In this document: piece by piece, positions 8,854-18,000 of the stretch | Numbering within the stretch: the stretch's first letter is position 1 | Layout: each line of letters opens with the position of its first letter | Made by a program: the position numbers and the translations under genes | From: Chthoniobacteraceae bacterium | GTDB lineage: Bacteria > Verrucomicrobiota > Verrucomicrobiia > Chthoniobacterales > Chthoniobacteraceae | Direction: 5' to 3' | Assembly (NCBI GenBank): GCA_031409335.1 | Contig: JANNWY010000245.1 | Coordinates: 1-40,072, forward strand | DNA length: 40,072 bases | The notes under the pieces: generated by a model | The model's database searches: none | Told to the model about the DNA's origin: nothing | The model's input: only the letters and a program-made list of their open reading frames with translations

Positions 8854-9528
8854 ATGAGATTTGTCGTCCTCACCGTCCTGATTGGAACGCTTTCATGCTC
8901 CATCGGAGCACCGCGGGAACCGCTTGAAGTAAAAAACGGCCCACAACCGAATCATCTCGTGCCAGTGAATCCTCGGCCAGACGCCTACCTCACCTTAATT
9001 CACGAGAAGCTTCACGTAACCAACCCAAACTACGTTTCATTTACTTTCTTACCGTCGTTCGCTGGCGAGACGGTGGTGTCCGTTTACAGCGCGAATCGCG
9101 ATGGGGCGGAGTCTTTCCATATCACGACGACCCGCGCGAGTAGCAGCCTGTACGCATCAATGCCCCGAAACAACCGCGAACAAGTCTCCAAGGAGGTTCG
9201 AATCAGTCGCTTTGACGCGGAGATCGACGCAGAGTTTGCCGCGGCGATTCAGCGAGCGTGGGCGTCCCTGTTGCTTCGCACGCGTTATCCTAATACCGCC
9301 TATTTCGGTCTCGACGGCTATACCGCTCGGTTTACCGCTGCCGTCCGTCCGATGGGAGAGCTGTGGGGCGAGACATGGAGTCCGCACAACAGCCTCCCCA
9401 AGGAGCTTGTGAATCTAGGTCTTGCCCTCGCTGATTATTGCTCTTCCGATCCCGCGACGCGCCCCACCCAACGCGCGAAGCTTTTGAAGCAACTCGAGAG
9501 CTTTACTCGGCGCGCTCGCAACGCCTGA
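8854..9528 (+). CDS. Exported hypothetical protein (possible lipoprotein)
   Basis: 224-aa ORF filling the gap between manA and the convergent gene; hydrophobic N-terminus ending TLSC; lower GC than neighbours. Confidence 0.7.
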   Translation: MRFVVLTVLIGTLSCSIGAPREPLEVKNGPQPNHLVPVNPRPDAYLTLIHEKLHVTNPNYVSFTFLPSFAGETVVSVYSANRDGAESFHITTTRASSSLYASMPRNNREQVSKEVRISRFDAEIDAEFAAAIQRAWASLLLRTRYPNTAYFGLDGYTARFTAAVRPMGELWGETWSPHNSLPKELVNLGLALADYCSSDPATRPTQRAKLLKQLESFTRRARNA

Positions 9529-9551
9529 CAGGCGTTTAGGACTTGGAATTT

Positions 9552-10013
9552 TCAGCTTCGCACGCCGCCCAGCCGGCGGCCGGAAGGCCAGCGCTTCTGC
9601 ACGTGCGCGGCGTCGATTTTCCAGGCGCTTTCCTCATTCACCAGCCGGTAGATGCACGGTACGATGTCGCCATTTGGCAGGAAAAAATAAACCTGCACCA
9701 ATGCCCGGCGACCTTCGCGCGCGATGCGTCCAAATTCCACCCGCTCGATCTGATGGACCGACGGGTAATCGCTGCGGACGAGATCGGCGAAGGCTTCGAT
9801 GTTGAATTTTTCCTGAAAGCCGGTCGAAACCTGCTGATACGCGCGCGGAAAATCCGACTCGCGCACGGCGTCGATCTCCTGCTGCACGACCTCATACAAA
9901 TCCGCGGGCCGCGCCGCGAACCGGCGGGCATCCACGACGCGCTGGGCGATCAACGCGACGCCGCAGATCGCGAGAAAAATCAGGAGCAGACCGACGCGAC
10001 GTCCGGAATTCAT
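9552..10013 (-). CDS. DUF4864-like membrane-anchored protein
   Basis: N-terminal TM; VVQQEIDA...DFPRAY..VS.GFQEKFNIEAFADLVRSDYP and Y.LVNEESAWKIDA; start 10013 overlaps upstream stop (ATGA). Confidence 0.75.
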   Translation of the reverse strand: MNSGRRVGLLLIFLAICGVALIAQRVVDARRFAARPADLYEVVQQEIDAVRESDFPRAYQQVSTGFQEKFNIEAFADLVRSDYPSVHQIERVEFGRIAREGRRALVQVYFFLPNGDIVPCIYRLVNEESAWKIDAAHVQKRWPSGRRLGGVRS

Positions 10014-10330
10014 GGCTGGACCGGAGTCGCGCCGAGGCGGCGGAGAAACGCGAACGAGTAAAGCCCGGTGCCGTGGCCATCGCCCCAAGTTGGCTGAAGC
10101 GCGTAGCCGCCAACGAGCTGCCAGCCGCGCAACTCAAAACTCGACGCCGAGTAGGTCACTTCCGGCCGGTCGATATTTCCCAGCACATCCGGTTCGCCAC
10201 CGCACACCGCGCACGGGCAGGCGCGCCTGAGATCGGCGAGGCGGATGAAAGTTTCGCCGCCGTCGTTCCACGAGATGGCGAACTCGTCGCCGATGTGCTG
10301 GATGGACGTGGGCAGCAAGCGTGAAGGCAT
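10010..10330 (-). CDS. DUF971 / GBBH-like N-terminal domain protein
   Basis: [40 protein letters not shown]; start 10330 (alternative 10342). Confidence 0.9.
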   Translation of the reverse strand: MPSRLLPTSIQHIGDEFAISWNDGGETFIRLADLRRACPCAVCGGEPDVLGNIDRPEVTYSASSFELRGWQLVGGYALQPTWGDGHGTGLYSFAFLRRLGATPVQP

Positions 10331-10331
10331 G

Positions 10332-11060
10332 TCAGTCGTCATTCGTGCCAGAACCCGCCGCCGGACGCCAGCCTTTGCCGCTGCGTTTTCCAAAAATCGC
10401 CGTGCCCACCCGGACCAGCGTCGCGCCTTCCTCGATCGCGACCGCGAAATCGCCGCTCATTCCCATCGAAAGTCGCGGCAGCGGGACGCGGAACTCGGCC
10501 TGCAAACGCTCGCGCAATTCGCGCAGCGCCACGAAATACGGTCGCGACGCCTCCGCTTCCGCGGCGAACGGCGCGATCGTCATCAGCCCCTCGATCTGCA
10601 AACGCGGCAGCGCGAGGAGCGCCTCCATTTGCTCGCGAACGCGAGCTGGCGTGAAACCGAATTTGGTCGATTCCCCCGCCACATTCACCTCGATCAGCAC
10701 CCGCGGAAACGCGCCGGCCTCCTCCGCGATCCGGTTCACATCGCCAGCGAGTTCCAGCGAGTCGATCCCATGAAAAAGCTCAAACAGCGGCAGCGCGTGG
10801 CGGACCTTGTTCTTCTGAAGATGCCCGATGAAATGCCAGCGCACCCGCGCCGGCAGCACGGGAATCTTCGCCCGCGCCTCCTGCACGCGGCTTTCTCCGA
10901 ACAGCACCTGGCCCGCATCCAGCGCCTCCTGAACGGCTTCCGGCGGATGGGTTTTTGAAACGGCGACCAGTTCGATGTCGCTGCGGTCGCGACCACTGCG
11001 GGCAGCGGCTTGCGCAATGGTATTTTGAACAAGTTCCAATTTTTCAGAGAGCATGGCCAT
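10332..11060 (-). CDS. yggS: YggS family pyridoxal phosphate homeostasis protein
   Basis: [61 protein letters not shown]. Confidence 0.96.
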   Translation of the reverse strand: MAMLSEKLELVQNTIAQAAARSGRDRSDIELVAVSKTHPPEAVQEALDAGQVLFGESRVQEARAKIPVLPARVRWHFIGHLQKNKVRHALPLFELFHGIDSLELAGDVNRIAEEAGAFPRVLIEVNVAGESTKFGFTPARVREQMEALLALPRLQIEGLMTIAPFAAEAEASRPYFVALRELRERLQAEFRVPLPRLSMGMSGDFAVAIEEGATLVRVGTAIFGKRSGKGWRPAAGSGTNDD

Positions 11061-11125
11061 TACAATTAACTGTTGCGATTTGACATAAAACATTCATCTA
11101 CGGCGGCGTGACCTTTCTTTCGTAA

Positions 11126-12034
11126 ATGCATCTCGAAACCCTCAAAGTATTTTGCGACCTCGCCGAGACTAAAAGTTTCTCAAAAGCCGCGCGGATCAAC
11201 GGCATCACCCAAAGCGCTGTCAGTCAGCAGATACGCGCTTTGGAAACGAAATACCAGGTGGCGCTGGTGGAACGGAATCGGAAAGCGTGCGGCCTCACCC
11301 CGGAAGGCTGCGCCTTTCTCGATGCCGCGCGGCGAATCGTCGAAACCTACCGGGCGATCGGCGAGCAGTTGCGCGGTTCGTCGGAGCGCATCGGCGGAAA
11401 GATTCGCATCGCCGCGGAAGCGAGCATCGGGCTGCACGAATTGCCGCCGGTGCTCAAAAAATTTCGCGCCACCCATTCCGAAGTCGAGATCGCAGTGATT
11501 TATCTCCGCGCGCCGGAAATTTACGATGCAGTGCTGAAAGGCGAGGTCGATCTCGCTCTGGTCGCGTATCCGCGGATTCGGCAGGGATTGAAAATGGACG
11601 TCTTCGATGAGGACGAGCTGGTCGTCATTTGCCATCCCGATCACCGCCTCGCCGAAAATGGGTCGATCGAACCCACGGCGTTGAACGGAGAGCCGCACAT
11701 CGCCTACGGACCGGACTCGCATACGATTCGATTCATCGACCGCCAACTGCGGGCAAACGGTGTGGAACTGACTCCCGCTGCTCAGTTCGACAACATCGAG
11801 ACGGTGAAACGCGCCGTCGAAATCAACAGCGGCATCTCGCTGGTGCCTCGCAACACCGTGCGCGCCGAAGTGGCCGCTGGCCGGCTCGTGGAGATACTCC
11901 TCAAAGGTGTCCGCTTCGTCCGCCCGCTCGCCGTTGTTTGTAAGAGTGGCCGCCTTCACTCGATCGCCAGTCAGGCCTTGATGGCCATGCTGCGGGGCGA
12001 AACGTCCGACTTGCCGCCTCGGACGGCTTGTTAG
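11126..12034 (+). CDS. LysR family transcriptional regulator
   Basis: N-terminal HTH (SFSKAARINGITQSAVSQQIRALE), LTPEG, PBP2 substrate domain (FDNIETVKRAVE..SGISLVP). Confidence 0.95.
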   Translation: MHLETLKVFCDLAETKSFSKAARINGITQSAVSQQIRALETKYQVALVERNRKACGLTPEGCAFLDAARRIVETYRAIGEQLRGSSERIGGKIRIAAEASIGLHELPPVLKKFRATHSEVEIAVIYLRAPEIYDAVLKGEVDLALVAYPRIRQGLKMDVFDEDELVVICHPDHRLAENGSIEPTALNGEPHIAYGPDSHTIRFIDRQLRANGVELTPAAQFDNIETVKRAVEINSGISLVPRNTVRAEVAAGRLVEILLKGVRFVRPLAVVCKSGRLHSIASQALMAMLRGETSDLPPRTAC

Positions 12035-12133
12035 AATTGATAGTGTCCAATACCTCGCGGGTTCGGCGGTCACGCCGCCCGCTAGCATTCGCACTGCCAA
12101 ATCTAACTGAATCGTCGGATGCCCCGGTTTTGA

Positions 12134-12162
12134 TTGTCAGCCATCTAGGTTCCCCGGATACT
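12134..12162 (+). promoter_or_regulatory. Putative sigma70-type promoter for the riboswitch-SPFH transcript
   Basis: TTGTCA (12134-12139), 17-nt spacer, GATACT (12157-12162), about 25 nt upstream of the aptamer. Confidence 0.45.
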
Positions 12163-12185
12163 CCGCTCATTTCTTTGCCAGCTTA

Positions 12186-12336
12186 ATGCTCCAGCCTAGT
12201 GGCCGGGGCAGCGGGGGACCCAAATTCCGCCGCGCGACTGCTCAATCAAGCAGCCATGCGGCTTCGGGGCGAACGGCGCTGCGGCGCCGGGGGCACTAGA
12301 TGGCCCAAGTCCGACAGCTAACTCCGTCAGCAGCAT
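12186..12336 (+). promoter_or_regulatory. c-di-AMP riboswitch (ydaO/yuaA class)
   Basis: Ordered class signatures GCAGCGGGGGACCCA (12208-12222), GGGGCGAA (12266-12273), GGGC..GCCC, GTCCGACAGCTAACTCCGTCAGC (12309-12331); CGGGG/CTCCG and ATGCT/AGCAT pairings; lies in the 5' leader of a CDS. Confidence 0.88.
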
Positions 12337-12473
12337 CCAGGGGTAGTAGAACGTCGAAGCGCTTTCCGGTGTGACATACGGAGGAGTCAGCGACGCTCTC
12401 CAAGCTCTCTGAACACCACCGCGCCGTCTCGTTCCGCAACGGGAGGGCGCAGACATAGAAAGCAAATAAACAT

Positions 12474-14516
12474 ATGGGCAGCCTTACTTCGCTGTTCGTC
12501 ACTGGGTTCGTCGTCGTGAAGATCGTCTTCGCGATTCTGTTAGTATTAGCCATCGTTGGCGTGCGTTACATTCCGCATCGCCGCGTGGGTATTCTGGAAA
12601 AGCTGTGGTCTCCGCGAGGGTCGCTCGCGCAAGGTCGCATCCTCGCCCTCAAGGGTGAGGCGGGTTATCAGGCTCGCGTGCTACGCGGCGGGCTCTACAT
12701 TGGTTACCCGTTCTGGATGTATCGCGTCCACACGGTACCGCTTGTGACTATTGCGGAAGGCCGCATTGGTTATGTCTATGCGCGCGATGGACAGCCACTC
12801 GGCCAGTCGCAAACGCTCGGTGCCATTGCGGATTGCAATGGGTTTCAAGACCCGGTCGCGTTCCTCACCAATGGCGGCCAGCGCGGTCGCCAGCGCGCGA
12901 TTTTGCGGGAAGGCGTCTATGCGATGAACACGGCGCTCTTTGTCATCATCACGGAGCAATCCGTCCACGCCGGACCGTGCAGCCGCCAGGAACGTGAGCA
13001 GTGCAATTCCTGGCAGCAGGAAATCCTCGCCGCGCGCGGATTCTCGCCCGTGCTCATCGGCTCCGCGTTTGAGGGCGAAACGGCGATGCAAGTCGATGCC
13101 AGCAAACTGATGCCGCACGATCTCATCGGCATCGTCACCATCCACGACGGGCCCACGCTGGAGCCCGGCGAATTCATCGCGCCGCAAGTCGGCTCCGCTG
13201 AAACGAGCGCGCACAATTACTTCCAGGACCCCGAGGCGTTTCTCACGCTCGGCGGTCGGCGCGGCAAGCAACTGCAAGTGCTCACGGACGGCACGTTCTT
13301 CATCAACCGCTGGTTTGCCACCATCGAGTTGCAGCCGAAGACGCTCATCCCGATCGGCTATGTCGGCGTCGTCATTTCCTACTACGGCGCGAGCGGTGAA
13401 GATGTGACCGGCGCGCAATTTCGCTACGGCGAACAAGTCGAAGCGGGCCGTCGCGGCGTCTGGCGCGAAGCCCTCGCGCCCGGTAAATACGCGCTCAATC
13501 CGTACGCGCTTAAAGTCGAGCTCGTGCCGACCGTGAATTTCGTCCTCCGCTGGATCAGCGGCCAGACCGAGGCGCATCGCTACGACGAAGCACTCACCAG
13601 TATCCCGCTCATCACCGCCGATGGCTATGAGCCGCTGCTCCCGCTCTCGCTCGTGCTGCACATCGACTACGAAAAAGCGCCGCGCGTCGTGCAGCGTTTC
13701 GGCGACGTGCGCCGCCTCATCACGCAGACGCTCGACCCGATCCTCACCGCGTATTTCCGCGACGTCGCGCAAAGCAGCAACATGCTCGACCTGCTCACGC
13801 ATCGTGAAGAAATCCAGCGCCTCGCCACCGAAGCGCTCGGTCGCCGGTTCCAGGACTTCGACATCAACTGCGTCGCCGTCCTCATCGGTCGTCCCGAAAC
13901 CGCGTTGCTCAAGCCCGGCCAGGACGACCCGATCGACCGTCTCTTCGACCAACTCCGCCAGCGCCGCCTCGCCGAGGAGCAAAAAGAAACGTTCGCGAAA
14001 CAGCAGGAAGCTGCCGTGCAATTGAAGGCGCTCCACCATGTGCAGGCCGAAGCCGAACGCCAAACGCAGCTCACGCAAACGCGCGTCGAAATCGAAATCG
14101 CCGGCAACCGCGGCGCGGCGCAACTCGCCGAAGCCGGTCAGCTCGCCAAACGCGAAATCACCCTCGCCGAAGGCCACGCCCGCGCCATCGAACTCGACGG
14201 CCAGGGCGAAGCCGCCCGCATCGCCCAAGTCGGCGAAGCCGAAGCCAGCGTGAGTCGCCAAAAAATCGAAGCCTTCACCGACCCACGCCTCTACGCGCTG
14301 AATCTCATCGCCGCCCAACTCGCCAACAGCAAACAACCGCTCGTCCCCGAGCGCGTCGTCCTGCTCGGCGGAAACGGCGACGGCAAACCCGGAGCACCGG
14401 GCAGTGGTGAAGTCGGCCTCTTCCAAGCCATCATGCAAATGCTCGCCGCCTGGCAGCACATGGCCGAACCCGCTGTGCCGCAAAAATCCGAACCACCACG
14501 CGACATCGCCGCGTAA
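12474..14516 (+). CDS. Long SPFH/band-7 (flotillin-like) membrane protein
   Basis: N-terminal TM; repeated G.Q..L..G.Y..N modules; band-7 core (LITADGYE..L.LSLVLHIDY..AP.VVQRFG...LDPILTAYFRDVAQ); A/E/Q-rich coiled coil; PLVP tail. Confidence 0.9.
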   Translation: MGSLTSLFVTGFVVVKIVFAILLVLAIVGVRYIPHRRVGILEKLWSPRGSLAQGRILALKGEAGYQARVLRGGLYIGYPFWMYRVHTVPLVTIAEGRIGYVYARDGQPLGQSQTLGAIADCNGFQDPVAFLTNGGQRGRQRAILREGVYAMNTALFVIITEQSVHAGPCSRQEREQCNSWQQEILAARGFSPVLIGSAFEGETAMQVDASKLMPHDLIGIVTIHDGPTLEPGEFIAPQVGSAETSAHNYFQDPEAFLTLGGRRGKQLQVLTDGTFFINRWFATIELQPKTLIPIGYVGVVISYYGASGEDVTGAQFRYGEQVEAGRRGVWREALAPGKYALNPYALKVELVPTVNFVLRWISGQTEAHRYDEALTSIPLITADGYEPLLPLSLVLHIDYEKAPRVVQRFGDVRRLITQTLDPILTAYFRDVAQSSNMLDLLTHREEIQRLATEALGRRFQDFDINCVAVLIGRPETALLKPGQDDPIDRLFDQLRQRRLAEEQKETFAKQQEAAVQLKALHHVQAEAERQTQLTQTRVEIEIAGNRGAAQLAEAGQLAKREITLAEGHARAIELDGQGEAARIAQVGEAEASVSRQKIEAFTDPRLYALNLIAAQLANSKQPLVPERVVLLGGNGDGKPGAPGSGEVGLFQAIMQMLAAWQHMAEPAVPQKSEPPRDIAA

Positions 14517-14552
14517 AAATCCCCCAAGCGCCGCAGCGTCCAATCCGCAGCG

Positions 14553-14722
14553 GCGCCACGGGTGACCCATCGAAAACGAGATGTCATTTCGATCAAAGAG
14601 AAGGCAGGCCCGCTAACGGAGCGGCGTGGAAAGCCAGGTCTGCGAGACAGCCCGGTGGAGACGTGGGAGCAAACCGCTCCCTGTTCTTCGGCGGGCGAAG
14701 GTGGCGCGGTGCTTTGACCCGG
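14553..14722 (+). ncRNA. Candidate structured non-coding RNA, raiA-motif-like
   Basis: Intergenic; several helices with G-U pairs on the + strand: 14569-75/14587-93, 14604-10/14637-43, 14650-54/14692-96 enclosing 14665-70/14676-81, plus long-range 14553-59/14701-07 and 14593-98/14712-17. Confidence 0.5.
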
Positions 14723-15063
14723 AGACATCAAATTGATTTCTTCCCATCTGGCCGCGAGGCGATCGCACTCACTTCACCAAGTCCGATGGGTGGACGGGAC
14801 GCTCAGGGCAGTCCTCAAAAGTTTACCCAGATTCGGCGATGAGAACTGCCGACGACGCGGAGAAGGCGGAGATGACGCACTTTGCGCCACTCACCCAATG
14901 GGTGAACGCCGCCAACCCGGCGATACGGCACGCGAACGGGCGAAAGGGTAGCCGAATTTACCGTCACGCTCCGGAAGTTTTTTCGCTGGAAGAAAAGCTG
15001 CCGGTTCCTTCAAAGATGTGCCATCCTGCGCAGGTGTCGGTTCGGTAAAATAAAGTCCATGTT

Positions 15064-18000
15064 ATGAACACAAATCTCCCACCCGTCCTCGAAACGAAAC
15101 TCGCTGATTTTCGGCGACGCGTTTGGGTGGTGAAACTGGCGGAGGGGTTGCTGGCGGCGCTGTTCGGGATCGCACTTTCCTACTTGCTGGTTTTTGCGCT
15201 GGATCGGTTTTTTGAAACGCCGGGCTGGGTGCGGCTGACGCTGCTCTTCGCGGGGGCGGCGGTGCTAGGGCTGGGGCTTCCTTTGAAGTGGCATCACTGG
15301 GTGTGGCGGCAGCGGCGGCTGGAGGATGCGGCGCGTCTTTTGCGGCGCACTTTTCCGCGGCTTGGCGATCAATTGCTCGGCATCGTGGAACTGGCGCGGA
15401 TGGATGCGGTAGCGGCGGGGCGCAGCGAGCGGCTGGTGCAGGCGGCGATGGCTCAGGCGGCAGATGCGGTGAGGGATCAGGATTTCACAAACGCGGTGCC
15501 GGATGCGCGGCATCGGCAGTGGGGCTGGGCGGCGGCGGGGGTGGTGGCGTTTTCGGTGCTGGCATTTGGGCTGGTGAATGAGGCGGCGCGGAATGCTTTC
15601 GCGCGCTGGATCACACCCTGGCGGAATGTGGAGCGTTTTACTTTCGCGAAAGTGGAGACGCTGCCCGCGAAAATCGTGGTGCCTTACGCGGAGCCTTTCG
15701 AGCTGCCGGTGCGGCTGAGCGCGAATACGGAGCGGACGCCGGATCAAGGCACAGGCAGGATCGGCAAGCAGCCGGCGGTCACGGCGAAACTTTCGGACGG
15801 GACTTATCCGCTCGCGTTTCCTCCACAAAAAACGGACGCGCCGATGGCGGTGTCGCTCGGGGATGTGCGGAAGAAGATCAGCGTGCAACCGCGCACTCGG
15901 CCTGAGCTGGCGGAGCTGGCGGTGCAACTGCGCTTGCCCGCTTACCTCGGCTACAAATCCGAGCAGCGGATCGACGTGCATGGCGGTTCGGTGAGTTTGC
16001 TGGGCGGGGCGGAGGCAGCGTTTGAAGCGAAGGCGAGCCGCGCGCTGGCTTCGGCGGAACTCGATGGGCAGGCGCAGAAAGTGGACGGGGAAAAGATCGT
16101 TACGAGCTATCTGCCAGTCGCCGCGGATGCGGATCGGAGATTCACCTGGAAAGACATGGACGGCCTGACACCGCGCGATCCCCTGGTGCTGAAAGTCCGC
16201 GCGGTGAAAGACGAAGCGCCGAGGATCGTGGCGCGGCGCGAAACGCTGGAGCAAGTGGTGCTCGATTCCGAGGTGGTGACTTTTGACGTGACGGCTGGCG
16301 ATGATTTCGGCGTGAAGCGCGTGGGCCTCGAGTGGACGGGATCGAAGATGAAAGAGGACGGGAAGACGCCGGTGAGCGGTGAAAAAGTGACGGCGGGCGG
16401 CGAGCACGAGAAGAAGGATTTGGAAGCGCGCGCGACTTTTTGCGCGAGGCGCGAGGGCGTGGCTCCGCAGACTTTGGAAGTGCGGGCGTGGACGGAGGAT
16501 TATCTGCCGGGCAGGTCGCGCGCGAAGTCGGCGGCGTTCGTGCTGCACGTTCTCGACAAGACGGATCACGCGCTGTGGCTCACGGAGCAGTTTGGCAAAT
16601 GGCTCGAAGTCGCGAAGGAAAGCTACGAGCGCGAGCAGCAGCTTCATCAGGCGAACAAGGAATTGCGCGAGCTGAGCGCGGCGGATTTGGATCGCCCGGA
16701 AAATCGCCGGCGCGTGTCGCAGCAGGCTGCGGCGGAGAATGCGAATGCGTCGCGCGTGGATGCGCTGACGAGCGCGGGCAGGAATCTGGTGGAGCAGGCG
16801 ACGAAGAACGATGAGTTCGACGCGCAACGGCTTGAGTCGTGGGCGACGATGCTAAAAACGCTGAAGGACATCGCCGCGAACCGGATGCCGAGCGTTTCCG
16901 ATCTGCTGAAACAAGCCGCGAGCGCAGGAGCCGGGAAACCCGGCGATCCGTCGCAATCGCCGCCGCCACCACAGGCCGGCGCGGGCCAGCCGCAAAAAGC
17001 GCAGGAATCCAAATCCGCGCCGAGCGTGACGCAGGGCACGCCACCCGCGAGCGCGCCTTCACCCGCGCCGCCGATCGATCCCAACGCACCACCAAAACCC
17101 GCCGCGCCGAGCATCGCGGATCGCGAAGCCGGTTTCAGCAAACCCGCGGAACCCGCGCCCGCCGATCCGAACGCCGCGCCAAAACCGCCGAGCGCCGGAA
17201 AACTCGGTCTTCCCACGACGACGCTGGCCGCCGCGCCCGCCAAAAAAGACGACGACGCGAAACCGCCAGAGTCGCCCGCGCAGGAAAAACTCGATGGCGC
17301 GATCAGTGAGCAAAAGGACTTGCTCGCCGAGTTTGCCAAAGTCTCGGATCAACTCAGCGAAATCCTCGCGAGCCTCGAAGCCAGCACTTTTGTGAAACGC
17401 TTCAAGGCCGCGTCGCGGAAGCAAATGTCGATCGCTTCCAACATTAGCCAGAAGACGCTCGACGCTTTCGGGATCGAGCGCGGGACGGTGAAGGCAGCGG
17501 AACCGATCGCGAAAGATGCGAAGGGCGAAAGTGAAGTCGTGCGCGTGATTCAGAGCGATCTGGAGGCGTATTTTCAGCGGAAACAGGACAGCCGGTTTAA
17601 GACGATCCTGGACCAGATGAAGAAGATGGAAATCGTCCGGTCGCTGGCGCGCGGGGGCGAGAAGGTATCCATCAATCTCAGCGGCCAGGGGATCATGGGT
17701 TCGGAGTATTGGGCCGATACGATGGATCGCTGGTCGGAGGAACTCGCGGCGGCGAGCAATTGCAAATCCTGCTCGGGTGGCAGTAGTGACAGCCTGCCAC
17801 CAGAGATCGTGCTGAAGGTCATGCAAGCGCTGCGCGATGAGATGCAACTGCGCGATGAAACCCGTGAAACTGAGAACGCGAAACCGGCGCTCGAGCAGGA
17901 GAAATTCAGCACCGACGCGAAAGCCTTGAGCGACAAGCAAGCTAGCACGCGGACCCATGTGCAAAGCGCGATCGCCGACATCATCGCGCTTGAAGAAGGA

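Noticed and set aside
11080..11110. Sigma70 promoter from a perfect TTGACA before lysR
   Set aside because: No credible -10 hexamer at 16-18 nt spacing
12681..14570. 629-aa minus-strand ORF (and similar long antisense ORFs such as 100-951, 5205-6092, 15265-16827 and 23341-24459)
   Set aside because: Shadow frames of well-supported genes in high-GC DNA; no motifs
14590..14722. SAM-I, c-di-GMP-I, NiCo or T-box identity for the structured element
   Set aside because: Only isolated words match; key cores are absent (GCAACC, GNRA/receptor pair, P1 CUG, GGNACCGCG)
14835..14882. Fluoride-riboswitch look-alike (GGCGATGAGAACTGCC...GATGACGC)
   Set aside because: The pseudoknot complement is missing and no fluoride-related gene follows
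14733..15048. Short ORFs in the intergenic region
   Set aside because: No recognisable motifs or coding-like codon bias
14517..15063. oriC at the skew switch
   Set aside because: No DnaA boxes or AT-rich unwinding element seen; the skew decays within about 2 kb
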